A program made the translations under genes and the position numbers. Below, in pieces: positions 1 through 7,784 of a stretch of 16,419 nt of DNA. Numbering within the stretch: position 1 is the stretch's first letter; each line of letters begins with the position of its first letter. The DNA comes from Candidatus Oleincola secundus (GTDB taxonomy: Bacteria; Atribacterota; Phoenicimicrobiia; Phoenicimicrobiales; Stramentimicrobiaceae): positions 1 through 16,419 of the forward strand of contig JAGYLS010000039.1 of assembly GCA_018400815.1 (NCBI GenBank), read 5' to 3'. The notes under the pieces were generated by a model that saw only the letters and a program-made list of their open reading frames with translations, searched no databases and was not told the origin of the DNA.

Positions 1-1
1 T

Positions 2-436
2 CCGCATATTGGTTTTACCAGCCATAGATTCAGGGAAACTTGAGACCGCTGCATTGAAGGAGCAAGCATCCATAATCACATCAGAAGTAGATGCTCCGGT
101 AAGGGTAAGTTCTTCGGAGCCGGTATAAATAGTAGCTCCGCCGGAAGAAGGCTCAGTAGCATCCTTAACTTCTTTATCGACCTTGATCCATTCACCATCG
201 CCATCAACTTCTGTGATAATAAAAATCCGGTTGTTTTCTTCGTCATCCCAACCTGTCATTTTAATTACATCACCAGCAGTTTGCCCGGCAAAGGCATTTG
301 CGCCACTTGAAGTATCGGTAATTTTGCTGTTTTCAATTTTTATATCATCGTAACTATTAACCGTACCATGTGCAACTTCGGCATTACCAGCAGAAGTTAC
401 TATATCCGCTCTAAATGTTTCAATCCAATTCTTCAT
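2..436 (-). CDS. Virion structural protein downstream of the major capsid gene (possible decoration/head-associated protein); runs off the window edge
   Basis: Not in ORF track. My translation from ATG 436: MKNWIETFRADIVTSAGNAEVAHGTVNSYDDIKIENSKITDTSSGANAFAGQTAGDVIKMTGWDDEENNRIFIITEVDGDGEW..., open to the window edge. SD AAGGAG upstream. Acidic, G/S/T-rich; position right after MCP. Function inferred. Confidence 0.7.
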   Translation of the reverse strand, partial: MKNWIETFRADIVTSAGNAEVAHGTVNSYDDIKIENSKITDTSSGANAFAGQTAGDVIKMTGWDDEENNRIFIITEVDGDGEWIKVDKEVKDATEPSSGGATIYTGSEELTLTGASTSDVIMDACSFNAAVSSFPESMAGKTNMR

Positions 437-469
437 TTTAATTTGTCTCCTTATTATAAATATTTATAA

Positions 470-498
470 TTTGGCAAGGTTTATTCAGCCTTGCCAAA
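470..498 (-). terminator. Stem-loop after the capsid gene (partial terminator or mRNA stabiliser)
   Basis: TTTGGCAAGG (470-479) / CCTTGCCAAA (489-498) 10-bp inverted repeat 5 nt after the MCP stop; the U-tract is weak. Confidence 0.6.
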
Positions 499-503
499 GT
501 TTA

Positions 504-1415
504 TTACACATCAAGATTAGTGATTTTAACAGCGGCATCCGGCTCTTCCATAATCGTATCAACTCTACAAGTCATAACCACTACCAACATTCTCCTACGA
601 ATATCTTTCTCAGTTTCAATAGTAACATCCCTATGAAGACCAAGAATAATATTTTCAGGGAACGTAAACAGAATAGTATCGCTCGGCATATTAGCGCAAG
701 CCCGAACCGGAACTCCCCAACCATAAAGACTGGGTCTTTCCGTATAGTAGGTATAACCCTGATCAGCCGTTACCTGGGAAAGTGCATCACGATACTCAAT
801 TTCATTATGCTTGGACATATAAAATCTCATATCGGCCAGCCGTCCGAGGTACTTTTCAGGCATAGTCTGCATAGCCGCTTTCCATACGGTTTTATCAATG
901 GCAGTTATAGCAGAACCATCATAGGTATGGTCAGGAAGTTGCAAAGCCCCGTCCGTCAAAGCAAGAAAGGCATCACTGGAAGAAGTGTCAGCATTAATTA
1001 CAAACTCTTCAAGATCAATAGCGGTTCTTCGCTGTGCCATCTGCATGAAGGTCTGTTGCAATGTGCCTCGTTCAATATTGTCTTCAAGCACATCATAAGG
1101 AATCTGAAGCTCACACATAATTTCGTTTACATCCAACTGAAGCTGATCGAAAGTAGGACGATAACGATCATCAGCCGGAAGTGTAGTACCAGCAGAAGGG
1201 GCGGCACGCCACATTCTGGAGCCGAAATTTACTTTATCAATATTATATTTATCAGAAGGCATCTGTACCGTTCTAATCTCATTCAAGATAGTCGGCTCAG
1301 AGATTACTCCACGATAAAATTCATCAGACTGAGTGGGGTTTAGCTTACCCCCATCACTTGTTAAATCGCTAACAGCGACATCCGCTTTTTCTATAATTTC
1401 TTTTACGTTAGGCAT
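504..1415 (-). CDS. Major capsid protein, HK97 fold (XkdG/P2-family-like)
   Basis: 303 aa; N-terminal 'DLTSDGGKLNPTQSDEF', 'PYDVLEDNIE', 'DLEEFVINAD', 'ENIILGLHRDVTIETEKD' resemble PBSX XkdG/P2-type capsids; follows protease and scaffold; SD AAGGAG. Confidence 0.9.
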   Translation of the reverse strand: MPNVKEIIEKADVAVSDLTSDGGKLNPTQSDEFYRGVISEPTILNEIRTVQMPSDKYNIDKVNFGSRMWRAAPSAGTTLPADDRYRPTFDQLQLDVNEIMCELQIPYDVLEDNIERGTLQQTFMQMAQRRTAIDLEEFVINADTSSSDAFLALTDGALQLPDHTYDGSAITAIDKTVWKAAMQTMPEKYLGRLADMRFYMSKHNEIEYRDALSQVTADQGYTYYTERPSLYGWGVPVRACANMPSDTILFTFPENIILGLHRDVTIETEKDIRRRMLVVVMTCRVDTIMEEPDAAVKITNLDV

Positions 1416-1442
1416 TTTGTTATTTCTCCTTTAAAAATATGT

Positions 1443-2441
1443 TTATGCAAAAGTTACAAAACTTCTATTTGTTTTAATCGGTTTAAGGTGTTTCTTTTCG
1501 GCAGCCTTTTTCTCCTCAAGCTCGCTATTGCGCTTGCTTGAAGTATTTTTTAGCTTTTCCAACTCATCTTTCAGCTCTTTCAACTGCACTTCAAGTTCAG
1601 ACTTCAAAGTGTAATCTTCAAACTGTTTATTAAGATTTTCATTAAGGCTCTTTTTCATAGTTTCAAATTCATCTTTAAAAGAATCCAAACCTTCAACAAC
1701 CTTGACTTGGGCTTTTTCCTCAGCGGAGGCTACAGCTTTTTCCTGGTACTCTTTGAATTTTTCTTCCAAATCTTCCGGTTTTTCTTCTTTTTCCGCTTTT
1801 TCTTCAACAATAAAAAGCTCCTTGAGATTTTCTCCTTCAACTTTAACAGATTTAATATCCATTACATCTGTAGATTTAGAATTAGAAAGAACAACTTCCG
1901 TATATTTTCGGAAATTATCTACAGCAGAAAGAATAGCATTTCTGCGTTGTGCTGTAGTTCCTTCCGGCTGCCTCAAAGTACCAAAAATAATATCCAACAT
2001 AGCCATAGCAGCATCGCCAACCCCGTCCATAGTAGCATAATCCATTTCTTTCTCGATAGGCTCGACTTCTGATTTTTCAGCTTTTTCGGCTACGATACAA
2101 TAAATTCCAGCTTCCTTATCTACAACCGCCAATGCCTTTGTTTCAAGATCAATATCTTCATCTTTAACTTGTTTATAAATTGTATGATCTTCCAAAGACT
2201 CTTCATCCTTATTATCAAAAGAATATTCTTTTGAAAGTTCTGCCAGCTTTTCGTCCCCTACACTTTTGGGAACCAATAAGCTATAAATAACTTTATTCAT
2301 GTTATCTCCTTTAACTTGTCCTTTAACTATTTTAAATGGTTGCTGATTAGCCGCATAATTAACAAGGCTAACAAACTCAATATCAGCATCTTTCATTAAC
2401 ATAATATCATCTTCAATCAAGAATGACTTTACTTTTGCCAT
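1443..2441 (-). CDS. Capsid scaffolding protein carrying an N-terminal prohead-protease strand (VSLVNYAAN)
   Basis: Lies between protease and MCP; E/K-rich coiled-coil C-terminal half; N-terminal 'KDADIEFVSLVNYAANQQPFKIVK' resembles the XkdF/HK97-protease VSxVxxxAN motif; SD GAGGA. Confidence 0.75.
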   Translation of the reverse strand: MAKVKSFLIEDDIMLMKDADIEFVSLVNYAANQQPFKIVKGQVKGDNMNKVIYSLLVPKSVGDEKLAELSKEYSFDNKDEESLEDHTIYKQVKDEDIDLETKALAVVDKEAGIYCIVAEKAEKSEVEPIEKEMDYATMDGVGDAAMAMLDIIFGTLRQPEGTTAQRRNAILSAVDNFRKYTEVVLSNSKSTDVMDIKSVKVEGENLKELFIVEEKAEKEEKPEDLEEKFKEYQEKAVASAEEKAQVKVVEGLDSFKDEFETMKKSLNENLNKQFEDYTLKSELEVQLKELKDELEKLKNTSSKRNSELEEKKAAEKKHLKPIKTNRSFVTFA

Positions 2442-2443
2442 TA

Positions 2444-3175
2444 TTAGTTATCCTCGTTCAAATCTATTCTATGGGAATGGCTCAAAGCTTTATCTGTAGC
2501 CGTTCCGTATGTTATTGTATGCCTATGGTCGGTAGTGTGGTCTGTTTTACCGCCGATAATTTTTCCATGTTTATCACAATGTATTAGAAATTGATGTGTA
2601 TGCTCAGGAATAACATCTTTATTTAAATTAGCTTCTGTAGTACCTGAAATCTCTTTAGCCACTTCCAATAAAGCCCTTGCGGGGTATTTATTTACTGTAC
2701 CGCCGAAAGAGAACCCATTCAACTCACCATTTTCTACTTGCTTCCAAATCTCATCAGTGCATTTAACAGCCATCACCCAACTACCTTCAGGGAAGTTAGG
2801 GTCTTCTTTCTCAGTAATATATGTTTCAACTACCTGGCAACCGCTTTGCGCCCAATCATGTTGAATATCAATATTTTTTTCTTTTCTGGTAATAAGGAAA
2901 TCCCAGGCTGCTTTTCTGACCCCTTCGGCTGTCATCGTTTCCCCATCACTATCTATATATCCCGGGGAATACACAATCCCTTTAACAACTTGATTCGGCT
3001 TGTCTTTCTTTTCAATTTTTACATAATGAGATTTCTTAGCATTATCCCATATAGAACTACAAACAGCCATTCGTTGTTTCTTATTTGGAAATTCCTTTTT
3101 CATTTGGTCATTAGACATACAACGCTCATCCCATTCATCACGATTTTCATTTTTTTTAGGTTCAGGTAATGGCAA
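2444..3175 (-). CDS. XkdF-like prohead serine protease with a C-terminal His-rich domain
   Basis: 'VVKGIVYSPGYIDSDGETMT', 'IDIQHD' (His), 'VVETYI', 'GSWVMAVK', 'IWKQVENGELNGFSFGG' (Ser) are typical of the XkdF family; TTG start with SD GGAG. Confidence 0.88.
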   Translation of the reverse strand: MPLPEPKKNENRDEWDERCMSNDQMKKEFPNKKQRMAVCSSIWDNAKKSHYVKIEKKDKPNQVVKGIVYSPGYIDSDGETMTAEGVRKAAWDFLITRKEKNIDIQHDWAQSGCQVVETYITEKEDPNFPEGSWVMAVKCTDEIWKQVENGELNGFSFGGTVNKYPARALLEVAKEISGTTEANLNKDVIPEHTHQFLIHCDKHGKIIGGKTDHTTDHRHTITYGTATDKALSHSHRIDLNEDN

Positions 3176-3187
3176 AACAGTAATATC

Positions 3188-3240
3188 TCCTATATAGTAT
3201 AAATTACTAAATAAGAATGATTCCTATTTAGTATAAATTA
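3188..3240. repeat. 19-bp direct repeat pair and overlapping palindrome in the head-operon leader
   Basis: TCCTATATAGTATAAATTA (3188-3206) and TCCTATTTAGTATAAATTA (3222-3240), 1 mismatch; near-perfect palindrome at 3206-3232. Confidence 0.75.
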
Positions 3241-3267
3241 TTATTTAATAATTACTCTTAACTAAGA

Positions 3268-3296
3268 ACAATAACTATATAGGGATATAATGTCAA
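3268..3296 (-). promoter_or_regulatory. Sigma70-type promoter for the head operon
   Basis: TTGACA (3296-3291), 17-nt spacer, TATTGT (3273-3268); directly downstream of the rep terminator. Confidence 0.6.
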
Positions 3297-3338
3297 GAAA
3301 AGGAAAAGCCCGAATCCTGACTAAAGGAAACGGGCTTT
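3297..3338 (-). terminator. Rho-independent terminator of the replication initiator gene
   Basis: Minus strand AAAGCCCG-TT-TCCT-TTAGTC-AGGA-TT-CGGGCTTT followed by TCCTTTTC, ~26 nt after the stop at 3365. Confidence 0.75.
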
Positions 3339-3364
3339 ATAATAAGGTATGAAAAAGGAAAGGT

Positions 3365-4495
3365 TTAAGCGGTTTGGGCTACCGAATTTGACTCTATTGA
3401 AACATTCTCTAAAACAAAGTTAAGGAAATTATCGGCTAACTCCATAGCATCAACTACGGAGCAAGCTATCGAATTATCCTTGGATATATAATGGACATTT
3501 TTACCTGGAAGCATTTTCTCACAAAAAACATCAACAAATTGTCTGTCTTCTTCACATAAAGTTCTTAACCATTTATCGGCAACATCAAATTTATCACTGG
3601 TATAATAATTTTTTCTGTGATCTTTCCTCCAGCCAGCAACACGAAAATCCTGAAGTTCTCTTTTTCTGTCAGCCGAAGCGGTATTCAAAACATCTATTGC
3701 TTTTTTAACAATAGGACAATTTTCCGTCGTGTATAAGATGCCCGACGAAGATAAATTTTTCGATCCTACTATACTACACTTTTTAGAAATAGGAGAAAGA
3801 GAAATTTTTTCGGAAGAAAAAGAACATGAGCGATTACGATCGCTCGTAGTATTTGCGTTTTCTATGTTATTTCTTAGCTTAGTATTAGTATAGTCGGGTA
3901 TCTTATACCCGACGGTCGGTACGTAGAGGGCTAAGCTAGTACCTCTGGAGCACGACGCGTCGGGTATCTTATACCTCACGATTTTATTGTCAATGAAATC
4001 CCTGATATCATCAATGTCTGCGCCTTTTAAGAATTGGTTTTGAACAAAAACACTTTCCCCTTTATGATTTTTTGTTTTAGCTTTTGTAAATTTATTCATT
4101 CCTTCAGCCACATACATGAACAGCACCAAAGGATGATCGAGATTCAACTCATAGGTGTATATTTGCCGATTGTAAGCTAGCCCCCCTCTCCACCTATAAA
4201 CAATTTCCAATTTATCCAAAAGTTCTAAATGATTTTTTATGCTTTTAATATTTATATTGGGAAGCTCCTCATGCAGCTCCACAGCACTTTTATAAAAATG
4301 ATGTTTCTTCTTGTTTTCTCGACATTTTAAATCAAACCAGTATTTCAGTTGATATAAAACAGCGCAAGCATCGGAAGAACTATTTATTTTAAATTTTGGT
4401 TTGATTTGGGTGATATAGGTGTGTAAAAGTTTTATAGTTGCAGTGTTGGTCAGCCGGAAGCCGAAAGCAGCTTCCTCCAAAAAATTAGTGTCCAT
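3365..4495 (-). CDS. Phage replication initiator protein (N-terminal winged HTH, lambda O/RepA-like)
   Basis: 'VLYQLKYW...FYKSAVELHEELPNINIKSIKNHLELLDKLEIV...YNRQIYTYELN' resembles the wHTH of phage initiators; internal iterons; adjacent to DnaB; SD AAAGGA. Confidence 0.8.
   Translation of the reverse strand: MDTNFLEEAAFGFRLTNTATIKLLHTYITQIKPKFKINSSSDACAVLYQLKYWFDLKCRENKKKHHFYKSAVELHEELPNINIKSIKNHLELLDKLEIVYRWRGGLAYNRQIYTYELNLDHPLVLFMYVAEGMNKFTKAKTKNHKGESVFVQNQFLKGADIDDIRDFIDNKIVRYKIPDASCSRGTSLALYVPTVGYKIPDYTNTKLRNNIENANTTSDRNRSCSFSSEKISLSPISKKCSIVGSKNLSSSGILYTTENCPIVKKAIDVLNTASADRKRELQDFRVAGWRKDHRKNYYTSDKFDVADKWLRTLCEEDRQFVDVFCEKMLPGKNVHYISKDNSIACSVVDAMELADNFLNFVLENVSIESNSVAQTA
3726..3979. 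repeat. Putative replication origin: three 21-bp palindromic iterons inside the initiator gene
   Basis: GTCGGGTAT-CTT-ATACCCGAC (3893-3913, perfect 9-bp IR); 3959-3979 direct copy with 2 mismatches; 3726-3746 inverted copy with 2 mismatches; hairpin GAGCGAT-TACG-ATCGCTC (3828-3845); AT-rich stretch ~3858-3892. Confidence 0.75.
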
Positions 4496-4540
4496 AAACT
4501 TTTCCTTTCAAAATATAATTTGACTTTGATAATAAAGGCA

Positions 4541-4568
4541 TTGACACGACCTATTCATGTCTTATATT
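4541..4568 (+). promoter_or_regulatory. Counter-oriented sigma70-like promoter in the rep leader
   Basis: TTGACA (4541-4546), 16-nt spacer, TATATT (4563-4568); points toward the bidirectional terminator at 4645-4674. Confidence 0.5.
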
Positions 4569-4618
4569 AAAGATAAGCACAGATGGTAAAATTTCAACGT
4601 CTGTCGTGTGCCTTTCGG

Positions 4619-4648
4619 AATATAATTTTTGTTGAACGACCTAGTAAA
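4619..4648 (-). promoter_or_regulatory. Candidate rep promoter
   Basis: TTTACT (4648-4643), 18-nt spacer, TATATT (4624-4619); a promoter is needed here because the dnaB transcript terminates just upstream. Confidence 0.4.
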
Positions 4649-4674
4649 AAAGCCCCGATTAAGGGGCTTTTTTA
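4645..4674. terminator. Bidirectional rho-independent terminator after dnaB
   Basis: TAAAAAAGCCCC-GATTAA-GGGGCTTTTTTA, with T-tracts on both strands. Confidence 0.9.
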
Positions 4675-4680
4675 TTTTGT

Positions 4681-4698
4681 ACTGAACTTGGAGTTCAG
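4681..4698. promoter_or_regulatory. Palindromic protein-binding site, copy 1 (CTGAACT-TGG-AGTTCAG)
   Basis: ACTGAACTTGGAGTTCA (4681-4697) is identical to the reverse complement of 14759-14775. Confidence 0.55.
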
Positions 4699-4701
4699 GC
4701 T

Positions 4702-5997
4702 TTATATTTCATTTATGAAATCAGGGTCTTCAAAAGCCGGCTCGCTTTCACCATTTTGAGATACGACCCCTTTCTCTTTAATAGTAGTGGTTTTAAAATT
4801 TAATTCAATAACGATACTAATTGAATCCCCATCCCTACTTTTCTTGGTTTTAAGATGCCGATGTTGGATCGGCTTCATGGTATCTTTATCATCAATATTT
4901 ACATATTCAAAGCTGAAATAATTTGAGGCTGTTTGGTAAGCCGATTGTGTGCCCCTTGTCCCTTCCATTTTTCCTGGTTTTGACCTGTTGTATTGAGTGG
5001 TAGCTAATATTGGCAAATCCCCATGAATAGCAAAGTCCTTTAACAAAAAATATATAGACTCGTCCTCTTTCCATGAATTGTTAAATCTTCGGCTAATATT
5101 TTTTAACAGGTAAATACCATCAATATATAAAATATCCGGCTTATACTCTGAGCAGATACTTATCAGATTATTAATATCAGAATACATCCCTGAGGGCAAT
5201 AATTTAAAATAATTGTCTTTATTTTCCAATAAGCTAATCGGCTCACATATTGTACGTAAGGCTTTTTGAACAGCGAAATAGGACAACTGCCCTTTCCTTA
5301 AAGCCCTATCCTTTAAACCGGCTTGCATAGCCAATAAACGCCTAGCTACTTGTAATGTAGGCATTTCAGGGCTGATAAAGATAACATTAGCCCCTTGCTC
5401 ACAAGCTGTTAAGGCGCTTCTTAATGTAATATAAGATTTACCTACCCCTGTTTCCCCTACTACTAGATTAAAGTCCCCTTTTTGGTTGCCGTAAGTCAAT
5501 TCATCTAAGGAAGGAAAGCCAAAAGGTATCCCTGTTATTCCAGGATTGAGTTGTGTTTCATTATGTTTATTGATTACCTCTAATTGCTCTTGCTGAAGAT
5601 CAACCAAGGTATAACCAATATCTGTTTTATTGATTAAATCAGTATAATAATGTAATTTTTCAATAGCCGCATTTTCATTATTATTTTTAAGATTCTTTGC
5701 TATTTCCCCTTGAAGCCGGTTTAATAAATTAAACTTTCTGCGGTTGCGTAAATGACTTGCCCAATATTCTAAAGGCTCTGAAGGTAAACTATCAAATAAA
5801 TTATATTTGTCAATCTCAATTTCAACTGTTGATAGCTTTGGATAAGTTTTGTGTTTGTACCTAAAATTCTTTATGAAGATATAAGCTTGCTTCTCCTGCC
5901 CTTCAAAAAAATGTTCGTCTATACCATGTTCAATAAGTTCAGAAAAAGGGCTGTCATTTTCTATAACAGATTTTAAAATACCAAATCCAATACTCAT
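4702..5997 (-). CDS. dnaB: Replicative DnaB-like (SF4) helicase
   Basis: 'GIPFGFPSLDELTYG', Walker A 'GETGVGKS', 'FISPEM', Walker B 'LYIDGIYLL', 'TTQYNR', 'KSRDG'. Confidence 0.93.
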   Translation of the reverse strand: MSIGFGILKSVIENDSPFSELIEHGIDEHFFEGQEKQAYIFIKNFRYKHKTYPKLSTVEIEIDKYNLFDSLPSEPLEYWASHLRNRRKFNLLNRLQGEIAKNLKNNNENAAIEKLHYYTDLINKTDIGYTLVDLQQEQLEVINKHNETQLNPGITGIPFGFPSLDELTYGNQKGDFNLVVGETGVGKSYITLRSALTACEQGANVIFISPEMPTLQVARRLLAMQAGLKDRALRKGQLSYFAVQKALRTICEPISLLENKDNYFKLLPSGMYSDINNLISICSEYKPDILYIDGIYLLKNISRRFNNSWKEDESIYFLLKDFAIHGDLPILATTQYNRSKPGKMEGTRGTQSAYQTASNYFSFEYVNIDDKDTMKPIQHRHLKTKKSRDGDSISIVIELNFKTTTIKEKGVVSQNGESEPAFEDPDFINEI

Positions 5998-6143
5998 ATT
6001 TGCCCAAACTTATCAAGTAAATTATCAATATTTTCAGTATTTTCCAATTCTTTTTCTATTTCTTCTTTTGACAGCCCACTAACATCTGATATTATCTGTA
6101 ATGTTTCCTCGTATTCTTTTTTAATATCCTCAAATTCCGGCAA
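5994..6143 (-). CDS. Small acidic hypothetical protein (49 aa)
   Basis: Not in ORF track. TTG 6143 with GGGGG SD; MPEFEDIKKEYEETLQIISDVSGLSKEEIEKELENTENIDNLLDKFGQI*; stop overlaps the dnaB start (ATGA). Confidence 0.7.
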   Translation of the reverse strand: MPEFEDIKKEYEETLQIISDVSGLSKEEIEKELENTENIDNLLDKFGQI

Positions 6144-6145
6144 TA

Positions 6146-6496
6146 TTATATACCCCCTATTAACCTTAAATTTTCATCAATTATAAATATTGGCTTGCCG
6201 TTTTGATTAGCCAAGGCAATATGATTTTGTAAATCTGTATCTTTTTTCCATTCTTCTAAAGCCAATACAAATACAATATCACACCTGATAACTAATTGAG
6301 ATATAATAATTTGGTCAGTATGGGTAACAGCCAAAAATCCTTTTTCATCCAGTACAGCCAACACTTTATCAACTCTTTCTGATTGTTCTGCCTCAGCCCT
6401 TTTAACCTCGTCTGAGTAATCCGGCTTATTTAATCCAATCTCTTTGCTTTTTGGCTTATACGGACTTGGTGTTGCTAAATAAATTAATGGTTTCAT
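6146..6496 (-). CDS. DUF1937 / nucleoside 2-deoxyribosyltransferase-like fold protein (degenerate)
   Basis: 'LIYLATPSPY', 'CDIVFVLALEEW', 'ALANQNGKPIFI' match the family pattern; the usual GVxxE is replaced by DLQNH. Confidence 0.6.
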   Translation of the reverse strand: MKPLIYLATPSPYKPKSKEIGLNKPDYSDEVKRAEAEQSERVDKVLAVLDEKGFLAVTHTDQIIISQLVIRCDIVFVLALEEWKKDTDLQNHIALANQNGKPIFIIDENLRLIGGI

Positions 6497-6497
6497 A

Positions 6498-7118
6498 TCA
6501 ATTCCTTTTTATAAAAATAATTTTGGCATTTGATTTTTCATCCATAAACATAGGGAAGGCCTGATCTCCAAATACGTTCCCTAAATTTTTAATGGTTTCA
6601 CATAATTGAGCTTTATTTGTTGTGGTTGAATTGCCGAATGTATCTGTTATGGTGGGCTTATTATTAGCCTTTCGATAACTGATAATATTGCCCATCGTTG
6701 TTTTTATCCTTCTAAGGTTATAATCAGTAGGGTCAACATAAGGGATTATTAACAACCCTATTTCCTTATATTTATAAACAGCAGTAGCAAATTCATAATC
6801 AAAAGGATTTAAAGAGATTAAATCAACTATTTCAAAGCCCAACTCTGTCGTAAGAGTCCAGATAGCGGCTACCTGATGATATAATTCTATTATATAGGAA
6901 GGATTTTGGGACACCAATAAAATAAAATTCCTTGACCCTAATAAAGACTTACAGATGAATTTCAGTTTTTTTTCTTTTTGTTTCCCCGGGTTATTTAAAC
7001 AAGATAAAGGCAGCCCTTTCTTATTTAAATATTGAACAATCCAAGTATAATATTCATCTTCTGCTAAAGCCTCTTGATACTCCCAAGGTAATTTTAATCC
7101 CATAACCCATCCTGCCAA
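6498..7118 (-). CDS. Degenerate DnaC/IstB-like helicase-loader homolog
   Basis: 'GLLIIPYVD...IISYRKANNKPTITDT' mirrors DnaC 'LLIIDDLG...IIxxRxxNxKPTIITTN'; no Walker A; upstream of dnaB. Confidence 0.55.
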   Translation of the reverse strand: MAGWVMGLKLPWEYQEALAEDEYYTWIVQYLNKKGLPLSCLNNPGKQKEKKLKFICKSLLGSRNFILLVSQNPSYIIELYHQVAAIWTLTTELGFEIVDLISLNPFDYEFATAVYKYKEIGLLIIPYVDPTDYNLRRIKTTMGNIISYRKANNKPTITDTFGNSTTTNKAQLCETIKNLGNVFGDQAFPMFMDEKSNAKIIFIKRN

Positions 7119-7558
7119 ATATCTATTAAACTCCTGCTATCTTCCGTTTCAATTTTTTTCGGCTTCTCTTCTATCTTATTCAAAATAAAGTCCCTGCATA
7201 TTATAATATCCATCAAATTCGGCTTGCTGTCCAATGTGTAAGGCTTCCTGTTATTAGTATAAGCTTCGGTATTTTTTAATCTATACCATCTTTCAAAGAT
7301 TTTGTCAAGCATTAAATAAATATCCTTATCAGTATACCCATTGTGCTTTAAAATTCTTATCAGCCCTGATACCTTATTAACAGTGTCTTTTTTTATAATT
7401 GGGGGCTTATTGTAGTTATACACCTCAAATAAATCATGGAAGTATTGAATAAACCCTTTTTTTGTTAAAGGGCGCTGTATTCTTTTAGCCTTTTCCGCTT
7501 CCCTTGATTTATTATTAATTTCCTTAGCCCTTTTCATAGCATCTTCTAAATTAGCCAT
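7094..7558 (-). CDS. Hypothetical basic protein in the replication block
   Basis: 154-aa ORF with SD AAGGAG; overlaps both neighbours; no recognisable motif. Confidence 0.7.
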   Translation of the reverse strand: MANLEDAMKRAKEINNKSREAEKAKRIQRPLTKKGFIQYFHDLFEVYNYNKPPIIKKDTVNKVSGLIRILKHNGYTDKDIYLMLDKIFERWYRLKNTEAYTNNRKPYTLDSKPNLMDIIICRDFILNKIEEKPKKIETEDSRSLIDIWQDGLWD

Positions 7559-7736
7559 TTAACTCCTTATCTTTAACATTATAATAAATAATTTCAGCCA
7601 CACATAAAATAAATACAAGTATAAAAGGTATAATTATCGGGAAAAAAACCCAAAACCAACTCCAGTCTATAGTATTAGTCACTTTTAAGACAAAAAACAA
7701 CCATGCGTTGTAAAATAAAATTCTAAAAATTTCCAT
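7551..7736 (-). CDS. Small membrane protein ('LKxxxxIDWSWxWVxxP' phage family)
   Basis: Two hydrophobic segments around 'LKVTNTIDWSWFWVFFPIIIP', a motif I recognise from small phage transmembrane proteins. Confidence 0.7.
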   Translation of the reverse strand: MEIFRILFYNAWLFFVLKVTNTIDWSWFWVFFPIIIPFILVFILCVAEIIYYNVKDKELNG

Positions 7737-7784
7737 ATTTACTACACCCTTTCTTTATTTAAATTAATAAGGATTATTTTTAGG

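Larger units (their letters stand above)
4575..4678 (+). ncRNA. Candidate ~100-nt antisense (counter-transcribed) RNA controlling rep
   Basis: Bounded by the + strand promoter and terminator; internal hairpin 4579-4604; complementary to the predicted rep mRNA 5' end. Inference only. Confidence 0.35.

Noticed and set aside
471..1343. 290-aa + strand ORF
   Set aside because: Antisense shadow of the major capsid gene; no SD, no motifs, I/S/R/H-rich composition typical of the reverse frame.
1702..3169. + strand ORFs 1702-2040, 1707-2072, 2738-3169
   Set aside because: F/S-rich antisense shadows of K/E-rich scaffold and protease genes.
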